Assembly: GCA_963841565.1 (NCBI GenBank) | Contig: CAWJCY010000002.1 | Location: 39,573-103,572 of the forward strand | Length of the DNA stretch: 64,000 nucleotides | DNA from: an uncultured Nitrososphaerales archaeon | GTDB taxonomy: Archaea; Thermoproteota; Nitrososphaeria; Nitrososphaerales; Nitrososphaeraceae | Reading direction: 5' to 3' | Shown here: positions 53,373 through 64,000 of the stretch, piece after piece | Numbering within the stretch: the stretch's first letter is position 1 | How the letters are laid out: every line of letters starts with the position of its first letter | Program-made: the position numbers and the translations under genes | The notes under the pieces: generated by a model | Seen by the model: only the letters and a program-made list of their open reading frames with translations | Told to the model about the DNA's origin: nothing | The model's database searches: none

Positions 53373-53858
53373 ATGAAGGTCTTTGTAATGAGTCTAGTAG
53401 AACAGGTAAGGGATCAAATCTGCAGTAGGAGCTATTCTGATATAGAGGCCGCGAATCTCGACACTTCATGCCCATCATGGAATGACAAGACTATATTATT
53501 AGTTGATGATCAGATTGATGTACTTATTACTATTAAGATTATGCTCGAAACATGTGGCTATGCAGTCAATGCATTTAATGATCCTTTACTGGCATTGGAT
53601 CATTTTAGAAGACATTCGCATGACTACAGGATAGTAATTTCTGATATGATACTGCCATCCATGTCTGGCCTTGAATTTATAAAGAAAATCAGGATAGTGA
53701 ATCCCGAAATAGTAACATTCATCATAACGGCATTGGATAACATAAAGGATATTAGCAAGGATCTGTTATACGATTCGACAGTGTTTCAATTAGATGGTAT
53801 CATTCATAAACCAATTTTATTGGATGATCTATGTAGATCGGTAGGGAAAAGGAGATAG
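53373..53858 (+). CDS. Response regulator receiver protein
   Basis: ILLVDD, VISDMILPSMSG, ITA, KP. Confidence 0.88.
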   Translation: MKVFVMSLVEQVRDQICSRSYSDIEAANLDTSCPSWNDKTILLVDDQIDVLITIKIMLETCGYAVNAFNDPLLALDHFRRHSHDYRIVISDMILPSMSGLEFIKKIRIVNPEIVTFIITALDNIKDISKDLLYDSTVFQLDGIIHKPILLDDLCRSVGKRR

Positions 53859-53860
53859 GG

Positions 53861-55021
<1,161 letters not shown>

Positions 55022-55097
55022 GGACAAATACTATAAGTACAGCAGTTAATTTAATCGATAGATAATGCACAACACTATCAGTATGATTTAATAATTT

Positions 55098-55757
55098 ATG
55101 GAAAATTGTGCAGGGTGCGGTTTTGACCTAAAAGGAACTGAAAAGTTCTGCCCTTCCTGTGGAAATTCTGTTTCTGCAGACCACTCTTCGTAAGCCGAGA
55201 TCATTCTAGATATAACTCTCCATATCTTTTTAGAAGCCATTAAGACTAACCTTGAAAACCCTTTGGTTATAAAAGTGGGAGGGGCTAGTCTTGACTTTTA
55301 CCCTTACTATGTCATTGAGTATAAATTAGAGATATCCAAAAATGATCCTTCAGGTAAAAAGCACAATATTCAGAACCAAGAAATAGTTATTGTGGATGCT
55401 TTCAACGGTGAATTGTTATCGTTATCCGATAAGAAGAGGACTAAGGTTGTGAACAAACTCAATCCGTTCCTTTCTCAAAGGAATGCGGATTTAGCATCTA
55501 GTGACATCGCAGAAAGAAATCAGATCACTAATGATTTGAAAAATATCGAATCTATAGTGAATCTTAAATTACATCCTGCGGGAGATTATGCGATTAACCT
55601 TATCGATAATAAGGTATCACCTGATTTAGGGAAATTAGTATTACCGCCATGTGATGGAAGGTTTCAAGACTGTATAACTAGGAATGGCCATTTCTGCAAT
55701 GCGGGAGATACTACAGAGAGTACATGTGATGTAGAGACGATACGAGTGATCTCCTAA
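55098..55757 (+). pseudogene. Zinc-ribbon protein remnant with in-frame TAA at 55191, probably chimeric
   Basis: MENCAGCG....EKFCPSCG is in frame with ORF 55263-55757. Confidence 0.55.
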
Positions 55758-55953
55758 TCATTCTAAGTATTAAGAACTAGTAAAAAAGTATAAAGAGAGA
55801 GCGGTATAAGATAAAGATGATTGAGAATTGATTAGTAGAACAAAAGCAGTATCTCTATTAGTAGCAATCTTCACATCAGCCATATCGGCATTACCTATAG
55901 CGTTTGTGGGTACTTGGTGTACTAGAAAATGCACAAGACTGGTATGATGCGGG

Positions 55954-58561
55954 TTATGAAGATGGGCGAGACTCCCCTACTGAAGGTGGAGCAACGTCAT
56001 CACCATCTTCCTCATCGCCTGGTCTACCGGCGTCTTCCCAATCTTCTTGTGCTTGTTCTGCTTGCTCCTGTAGACTTCCTCCATAATCACCTTCAGTCCA
56101 ACCATCATCTTCGGTACTGACCATCTTATCAGAAGCAGTTGGCGTAAGGGTAGTAGCAGGAGCAAGAGTATTAATACCACCTGAAGCAGGATCTATCTCA
56201 ACTATTTGGGCTGAACGCATCACAATTCCTGGAGCCGCATCAATCCGGATATTAACTTCATCCTCATCTACCTGTGGTCTGAATCCATCAACACCATTTG
56301 AGCTTTCTACATCTTTTGTCCATCCTGACCCTTTATTGCTATACATCTCTAGCTTCTCTCCTTTTCCGATATTTACAGCTGCTAATTTAACAGGAGTATT
56401 GACAAGATTACCGATACTGTTTCCAGTAACAACACATAGATCAGTTGATGGATGATCCTCTTCTTTTCCAATACAGGCCTCACCTGATTCAAATGAGTAA
56501 GTATTGTCATACCAGCCGCTGCCCATATGAGTGCCTCCAAACTTGAAACTTATAGTGTCATCGTGATCGATCTCCGTTAGAGTGATGTCTATTATGATCG
56601 CGTAATTTTGAGCAGAAGTTTCTCCACTCCATTCATGAGTTATGTCGTCAGGTTTTCCTGAGGCGTAGTGTCTGGTTCCCCAACCTTCATCCTCCATGTC
56701 TTGAGGTGAGCCAACGAATGCATATGGAAAATTATTATTGGTTGGAGGAGGCGGAGTAGTGGATGTCTTTGGTCCCATTACAAATGCTTCTAGTCTTCCA
56801 TTAGTATTAGGTACTACTGCTGGATCAGTATTATCTCTCAAGCCTCCACCAAGTGAAGTCCATGATGAGGACCAGGTATTGCCGTTAGGTGAGGACTGTG
56901 TCTTGTAGTACCAGCTGATTATTTGCACCTACAACAAACGCCTGCAATCTACCATCGTTATTTCTTGCAACAGCTGGACTTGTATCTGCTTTTATTCCTC
57001 CACCCAGAGAAGTCCATGCTGGAGACCAGGTATCGCCGTTAGGTGAGGACTGTGTCTTGTAGTACCAGCTGATTATTTGTACCTACAACAAACACCTGCA
57101 GCCTACCATCGTTATTCGCTATTACTATTGGATCTGTATTGGCTCTCAAACCTCCACCCAGGGATGCCCATGCTGGAGACCATGTGCTGCTACCAGCTGC
57201 TGTCTGAGCTCGGTATTGTAATTGGTTATTTGTACCTACAACAAACACCTGCAGCCTACCGTCACTATTTCTTGCAACAGCTGGACTTGTATCTGCTTTT
57301 ATTCCTCCACCGAGGGATGTCCATGCTGGAGACCAGGTATTGCTGTTAGGTGAGGACTGTGTCTTGTAGAGCAGCTGATTATTTGTACCTACAACAAACA
57401 CCTGCAGCCTACCATCGTTATTTGCTATTACTATTGGATCTGTATTGGCTCTCAAACCTCCACCCAGGGATGTCCATGCTGAAGACCATGTGCTGCTACC
57501 TGCTGCTGTCTGTGTCTTGTAGTACCAGCTGATTATTTGTACCTACAACAAACACCTGCAGCCTACCGTCACTATTTCTTGCAACAGCTGGACTTGTATC
57601 TGCTTTTATTCCTCCACCGAGGGATGTCCATCCGGTCCAAGTGCTGCCTACCTGCTGCTGTCTGTATCTTGTAGTACACCTGATTATTTGCACCTACAAT
57701 AAACACCTGCAGCCTACCATCGCTATTCATGGCGATAGCCGAATCAGTGTCAGGTGCTACGTCACCACTAAGTGATGAGTAAGGAGACCACGTACTACCA
57801 CCGGCTGTGGTTTGCAATTTATGGAAGAGGGTTCCTATTACATTGCTGCCACCGCCACCGCCTCCTCCACTAGTAGCGCCACCGAAGACAGAAATTTCAT
57901 TAATGCTTGCCCAGTCATTTTCCGTATTACCATTTACGGTAATTCGTACGTATCTTCCTTCAGTACCTCCAGGTAAGGTATATTTCTCAGCAGCTGTACC
58001 AAGACTGCTAGTATCAGTGAGTTTATTAGTGAAGGTAGTACCATCATCTGATACAGATATCACGAAATTATTTTGTCTAAGATCGCCACGGTACCAAGGA
58101 ATATCGACGCTGCATATGCTCTTCTTTGAACCCAGGTCAAGTTGAATCCATGATCCCTGTCCGAGATTAGACCATCTGGTATTCAAATTATTATCTATTA
58201 CATTGGACGGGATGTTACCATCATTTCCAATAGCAGTGACGGAGGTTACAGGCAACTTTTCACATGTTGCTAGTGTGGATACAGTACTCTCCAATAGTTG
58301 CAGCTCTTCAGGTAAGCTTTCTAAACTGTAGGTCGTATTTTGGAGATTTGCTTTTGTATTAATAGAGAGATCGGTAGTACCGGTCTCAATTGGTATCCCA
58401 ATAGGAATATCATACTTATTATCTATCGAGGAAGGTTTGAGAGATGGGAAGGCACTTAAATTGCTGTATCCAAGAGGAGACAAGATTAGTATCATCAAAA
58501 TGAGGTGCAAAGCACACTTCCGGGTCGATATCCATTCGTAAATATACAGTAATTTGTCCAA
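55954..58561 (-). pseudogene. Secreted protein with F5/8 type C (discoidin) domain, lectin-like beta-propeller repeats and acidic tail; four +1 frameshifts
   Basis: DNNLNTRWS..GSWIQLDLG, RYVRITV; about 7 repeats of W.SLGG....P......DGRLQVFVVG.NN.L. Confidence 0.8.
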
Positions 58562-59430
58562 TTCCTTTATTGAAATAGATCAATATCTATTTACGCAGAA
58601 CACCTAATTTTGTTCTAGATCCGATCATGATATTTTTTATCAAAGAAACATTCGTAAATATATACAGTATAACCCATTCGTGAACTATAGAAATGTATTT
58701 GGAATAGTAACGATTCTTCTATAAACATGTTAATGTACTGCGATGATTGGGGGGTATTAACACAATTAGATCAGATACGGTTAGGAATAATTTTTACTAA
58801 GAATTGATGTACAACTGACTAGAAATATTCTGCAGAGGTTTGTTCCTTTGTTTTTACAAAAAATCCAATAATCATTGAAGATATACTAGTCCTCATCTGC
58901 ATTATCATCTTTGACTTGCCTTCCGTGTAACCACTACGTCTGGAGGCAAGATGTGTGGTGGGTTGAATAATAATAGACTGTTTTTATCCATTCGTCTTTT
59001 TATTTGGTTAGAATAAGGAGCTTCCCATTAATAGCTTGGTAACAAGTAATAACATGACAGAAATATCAAAAATAGTATAATTACATTTGCCGTCACCCAC
59101 ACCTTTTATATAACAAAGAATAAACCAATTGATAACTACGTATTTCGAATATTTATGATCTTTAAGAAAAGAATACTCTCTTCTGTGCCGCTTCCTTAAT
59201 CTTTTTCGTACTTGTCTCAATCGTTGTGTCAACACATTCTGAGTCAATAGTTTGACTTTAAAAGCAGAAAAAAAGGTTGCCTGGAGCAGCCTTGGTAATT
59301 AAAGATTTGAGACTTTTTATGAATATACTGATAAGAATTGCCAGGCAGTGTCAGTTGAAACATTTTGTCTCTAAACACATGGAACTAGATGCTGTAAACC
59401 AGCTGTAAGTGCTTTGAACCAACTTTAAAT

Positions 59431-59489
59431 TGGGCCAAAGGGGGTTTGACAAGACTTTATAGTGTATTAAAAGATTCACGAGGTTCCAA
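59431..59489 (-). repeat. att-like site copy 4 (~59 bp)
   Basis: + strand TGGGCCAAAGGGGGTTTGACAAGACTTTATAGTGTATTAAAAGATTCACGAGGTTCCAA. Confidence 0.8.
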
Positions 59490-59526
59490 AAAAATATAGA
59501 TACCAGAAAATACTAGGGTTGTTGGA

Positions 59527-60051
59527 ATGAGAATTTCATCACAAATGGAAAAAGCGATCAATGATCAAATTGCTTATGAAGCATCAGCTATCAATGCATA
59601 TGTTGCGACGGGATCATGGTGTGAAAGAACTGGATACGACGGAAGTGCAGCATTCTTTTTCGAACAAGCAGTTGAGGAAAATATACACATGTTAAAGTTC
59701 GTTCATTATCTTAATAATGCTGAGGCCGAAGCTATAATTCCAGCAATAGAAAAACCTCAAGGTAAATTCGATTCACTAGAATCTACTTTTCATTCCGCTT
59801 TAAAGAGTGAACAGACTGTTACAAAGCTCATCAACAATTTAGTAGAAATTGCCGACAAAGAAAAAGACCGTGCTACATACTTGTTCTTACAATGGTTTGT
59901 AAGCGAACAGGTAGAGGAAGAGATCCTATTTCAATCAATTCTTCAAAAGTTTGAGATATTTGGAAGAGAGAAATTGGCGGTATATCAAATTGATCAATCC
60001 CTGGCATCAATTAGATCTCAGGTTATGGCTAAGAAGCAGATCTCTCGTTGA
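59527..60051 (+). CDS. ftn: Non-heme ferritin
   Basis: INDQIAYE, Y, QAVEENIH, SE, FLQWFVSEQVEEE ferroxidase ligands. Confidence 0.92.
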   Translation: MRISSQMEKAINDQIAYEASAINAYVATGSWCERTGYDGSAAFFFEQAVEENIHMLKFVHYLNNAEAEAIIPAIEKPQGKFDSLESTFHSALKSEQTVTKLINNLVEIADKEKDRATYLFLQWFVSEQVEEEILFQSILQKFEIFGREKLAVYQIDQSLASIRSQVMAKKQISR

Positions 60052-60286
60052 TCTCACTTTTTGTTTAGAATATTTCGATTAGGCTAATGGATGGTTAATA
60101 ATTAAGTAGGTCCATGGGAGTCCGGAGTAATATTGATTCTGTAACGGGATTCCGATAATTAGAAACGATAGACTATCATAAAAAGTTTATTCTCACTTGA
60201 TATTAATTTTCTGGTATTATTATTCAAAGTTAGATTACCGTGTTGCTCCCGGTCAGCTCGATTCTCGTGTCCACCCGATTGATAAT

Positions 60287-61208
60287 TCACTTATTTTGGC
60301 TTGTATTCGATATAAATGTATTTAATATCTTACTGATTTCATCCGGATATTGAACCATTACTGCATGACCAGCATCTTTTATCTGTACAAGCCAGGCTTC
60401 AGGGATCTTTCCTGCAAGAATTAAAGAATTAGCTGGTGCCATCGTAAAATCATCGGTTCCAGTTATGATCAAAGTAGGATTGGATATTTTTGAAAGTTCA
60501 TCACAAATGCCATTCCAGTTGGTTGCTCTCCAGTTTTCTACAACCTTATACTGCTGCACCAGAGTATTAAGGGGAATATTAGTGTACAAATCTTTTGCTT
60601 CTGGGAGGGTGTCAAGAGATTCAGAATGCAGTTTGATCCATGCTGGTCCTAACGCGGTAGGCGCCATCAGCTTTATTTCCTGCTGAGTAATGGGAATATT
60701 ATTTAATGATTTATTTATAACCTCCCTACCAAGTTTTGCAAGTTGAGGACTTGGAGGTATACTCTCTTTCCCACCACATGTCGTTGTGACAAGTATAAGT
60801 CTGTTAAACTTTTCTGGATGTGTAACTGCAACCTGTTGAGCAATTATTCCGCCCATAGAATATCCAAAGGCATCTGCCTGCTGTATTTTCAGAGCATCCA
60901 TTAAACCAGCCGTATCATTGGCAAGTAGCTGAACAGTATATGGTTTGAAACTAGCTGTTGTATTTCCAATTCCACGACTATCAAACACAATTACTGTGTG
61001 ATTTGAAGAAAGACCTTTTAAAAAGACGGGTCCCAGGCATCCATACCATCATAAGGCCATTAAAAAGTAAAATAGGGTCACCTTTACCAAACATCTTGTA
61101 CGCAATATCAATATCTCCTACAGGGACTTTTTCTAATGGGATAGTTTGTATATTTACCGAATTCGTAGTATTGGAATTCATTTGGTCTGGATCTATTTGA
61201 CCATACAC
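60287..61208 (-). pseudogene. Alpha/beta hydrolase with frameshifts at ~61015-61050
   Basis: IAYKMFGKGDP.., FDSRGIG, GYSMGG nucleophile, GTDD, AGH. Confidence 0.8.
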
Positions 61209-61886
61209 TACTTTAGTGATGTCAAAAGAACCGTATTTACTAATTGATGAGCTTGCGATATTCTTTAATTGGAATGACGGGACTCCTCCGGAGTCTATCG
61301 CAGGTTATGCGACCTCCTTTCCAATTGAGGAACATTCTTTAGTTTTATATCTGACGCTGGGCATTTATTAAACTTGGAGAAAAGATTTGTGTAATGTTAT
61401 TCTACAACTTAAGCAATTGGAAGACATCGTGCATCCTCTCTGGCAGAAAGAAAAGAGGCATAAAGGAAGAAACCCAAGCGTGGCTAGACTTAGTGAGGCC
61501 ATGTCATATGACTGGATTACAAAAGAACAGGGTCAGAAAATGTAACCAGTTGTACTATCAGCTGATTTTAATACAATAAAGCTGTCTTATATAATCGCAT
61601 CTTCTATAGAAGATAATGCATAGGGCAACAGGACTTCTTTCCGTACTTGCCAGTGACACTAGTCAAGCAGCGGCAGTAAGTAAATCATGTTTAAACCCTA
61701 TATTAGATTCGGATACGCTCGATAATATGGTTGATGTAGTCAATTGTGGCGACACAGTATGGCAACAGGATGGATCAGGTCAGGCTTCGGCACCGATAAC
61801 TCACCAGACTGCGAATCCAACTGACGGAATTACGAATTGTTTCATCTTAAATGCTCCTGGGCTTAGCGGCCTCGACGGAGGGCACC

Positions 61887-62531
61887 ATGACACAGGTTGA
61901 CTGGTACATCGAAGGTGCCGAGTTCAGCAATTGCAACTGCGACTACGCCTGTCCTTGTCAGTTCGAGTCACGCCGCCCCACGCACGGAGACTGTCGCGGC
62001 TTCGCTGCCGTTCGCATCGATAAGGGCCACTTTGGAGACGTGGCGCTCGATCGCCTCGGCGCAGCCCTCCTCTACGCCTGGCCGGGACCGATCTACAAGG
62101 GCAACGGCGAGATTCAGGCCGTCATCGATGAGCGGGCAGACGGCAAGCAACGAGACGCACTTACTACCATCCTGTACGGTGGAGAGACCAACGAGGGGGC
62201 AACCCATTGGTGGGTCTATCGGATGATGTCAAGCACCGTCCATCCCCCGCTTTTCAAACACATCGAGTTTGACGTGAATATCGAGCGTCGAAAAGCACGC
62301 ATCGTGATCCCCGACGTGCTCGAGTCTACCGCCCGTCCGATCCGAAGCCCTGCGACGGGGGCTGAGCATCGCGTCCGAATCAACCTCCCGAATGGCATCG
62401 AGTTCGACCTCGCGGAGATCGGCAGTGGCACCACCAAGACGACGGCCTCAATCGCCCTCGACCTCAAGGACACCTACTTTCATTTCACTGTTCTGCGCCA
62501 GTCGGGCATGGGGGTGGTCCGCTCACGTTAG
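61887..62531 (+). CDS. DUF1326-family protein, GC-rich and bacterial-like
   Basis: CNCDYACPC, PTHGDC, IDKGHFGDVALD, IDERA..QRDAL; GGAGG Shine-Dalgarno before ATG 61887. Confidence 0.88.
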   Translation: MTQVDWYIEGAEFSNCNCDYACPCQFESRRPTHGDCRGFAAVRIDKGHFGDVALDRLGAALLYAWPGPIYKGNGEIQAVIDERADGKQRDALTTILYGGETNEGATHWWVYRMMSSTVHPPLFKHIEFDVNIERRKARIVIPDVLESTARPIRSPATGAEHRVRINLPNGIEFDLAEIGSGTTKTTASIALDLKDTYFHFTVLRQSGMGVVRSR

Positions 62532-63106
62532 AATCCAACTGTGTCCACACCGGGGATCTTACACTCCCCTGTTATCGAGTTGCTTGGCCAACCGAGAACA
62601 GGGCGGACTCCATTAGCCCCACAATGGCTCGCATTCTGCAACGCGATGCGCGGGCTCGCTTATATCAACAGACTACATTTTTTAGTCAGAGAATGATGCG
62701 GCATTCGCTATTGCGGCAGAAGACGTTACTAGTCAGAAACTATCAATCTTTCCCTCGCTAGCGATATTTAAAATCTGGAAGAACAAGACAATGTTTCCTG
62801 TTTAATATTGACAAAGAGGTTACTTCACATTATGACCTTTTTGATAGTTTTAGATTGTCTCTGCAGTTCTGGCACTGATAATTACATTCTAAGGTGTACT
62901 AGATATATTCTACATCACACGATGATTTATTTGATGCCTTCAGAATGTCGTTAATGTTCTGGCATTAAATGAAACAAACAGCATGAAATTATTTATCGTT
63001 AACGCAAGCAATACTACAAATTACTGACAAATGATTAGACTGGATATCCACTATGTGGAGTGATAATGCCGTCAGCGATAAATAATACCAGAACTATTTA
63101 GAACAT

Positions 63107-63556
63107 ATGTCAAGACTTGCCGAAATGGATGAAAACATGGAGAATATGGCAAAGAAAAAAGTCCTCTTTTTAGGCATTGACCCCAAATCGATTGATGTCA
63201 ACTTAGCCACTACGACTGGATGGGATGCCAATCGGGTGAAGGCGGTAGCACAAGAGGCAAATAATAAACTAACGGAACTGGGATACGATGTGCAAAACTG
63301 TCTGGTTGACTTTGGAGAGACTGCTGAAAGTGTTGTTTTAGACACACTTTCACGAGAAAAATTCGACTGCATCATGGTTGGTGCTGGCGTTAGAATATTG
63401 CCACAGCATACTGTTTTGTTTGAGAAAATAATCAATGCTATCCATCAGAAGGCACCACCATCTTCTAAAATATGTTTCAATACTAATCCCAGCGACACTG
63501 TTGAAGCAGTCCTCCGTTGGGGTAGCAACAAACCCAAAAAGTCGATGCGCTCATAA
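63107..63556 (+). CDS. Hypothetical protein
   Basis: FDCIMVGAGVR...LFEKIINAIH..AP..KICFNTNP motif-like content. Confidence 0.75.
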   Translation: MSRLAEMDENMENMAKKKVLFLGIDPKSIDVNLATTTGWDANRVKAVAQEANNKLTELGYDVQNCLVDFGETAESVVLDTLSREKFDCIMVGAGVRILPQHTVLFEKIINAIHQKAPPSSKICFNTNPSDTVEAVLRWGSNKPKKSMRS

Positions 63557-63690
63557 TTTACAGTGCCAAACAAATGACGGTATTCTCTGCTTCAGAAGGT
63601 TAGAATACAGCCTTTGGATGGATCTACGTCCATTTGCTTAGATAGTTTCAGATTGTTGTTAATCTTCTGGCATTGACACAATCAAACTTG

Positions 63691-63960
63691 TTAATATCGA
63701 ACCTCCCACTGACAAGGGCATACTTGTCCTAAGCCAGTCGTTCCTATCCCCTTCTTGGCTCGTGCTGTATCCTCGGTAATGCTGCAAACCTGGCAGCATT
63801 TCTTTGTATTCAAAGTAGGATTCTCTAACGCAGCAGACCAATCACTTGGGTCTACCATTATGATTGTCTGTGGTACTCTGCCTTTTGCCGTGGGATATTT
63901 CTCGATAAAGTTCACTACGTGCAGTGTATGATTGGGGTTCTTACATTTACATCTCTTCAA
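63691..63960 (-). CDS. Cys-rich hypothetical protein
   Basis: CKC..H, CC.VC and CPC clusters. Confidence 0.45.
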   Translation of the reverse strand: MKRCKCKNPNHTLHVVNFIEKYPTAKGRVPQTIIMVDPSDWSAALENPTLNTKKCCQVCSITEDTARAKKGIGTTGLGQVCPCQWEVRY

Positions 63961-64000
63961 GCAACTACAGTGTTCTGAATCTTCATAAAAAATGTTATAG

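Noticed and set aside
56770-57800. Diversity-generating retroelement TR/VR pair
   Set aside because: No reverse transcriptase in the window; the repeats are propeller blades and I saw no adenine-specific pattern of differences

Overview
Archaeal DNA, most likely from a soil ammonia-oxidising archaeon (Nitrososphaeraceae). This is inferred from 4-hydroxybutyryl-CoA dehydratase, archaeal GAPDH, aIF5A, eS1, RNase P proteins and BHB-intron tRNAs. About 1-30.3 kb is dense, intact core genome (map, gap, trpGD, abfD, apt, mtnP, mpg, ubiX, uppS, pyrF, purA, P-II, aIF5A, hemB, pop5/rpp30, rps3ae) with two tRNA genes that each carry two introns. About 30.3-64 kb is low-density accessory DNA with signalling genes, many frameshifted pseudogenes (tyrosine integrase, DUF899, DUF2182, HutX-like, alpha/beta hydrolase, lectin-like beta-propeller) and a GC-rich, bacterial-looking DUF1326 insert. 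Most notable: (i) 4-5 co-oriented copies of a tRNA-3'-end-like ~60 bp site, the first next to the integrase remnant, interspersed with GCAG(N0-2)GTTCAA motif clusters, suggesting an integrase-built cassette array; (ii) an unassigned, highly structured ~200 nt intergenic element at 11570-11768; (iii) tRNA-Tyr with a genomic C54 matched by its intron helix; (iv) an 8x30 bp perfect repeat forming the eS1 tail. All family assignments come from motif recognition by eye; no database search was run.
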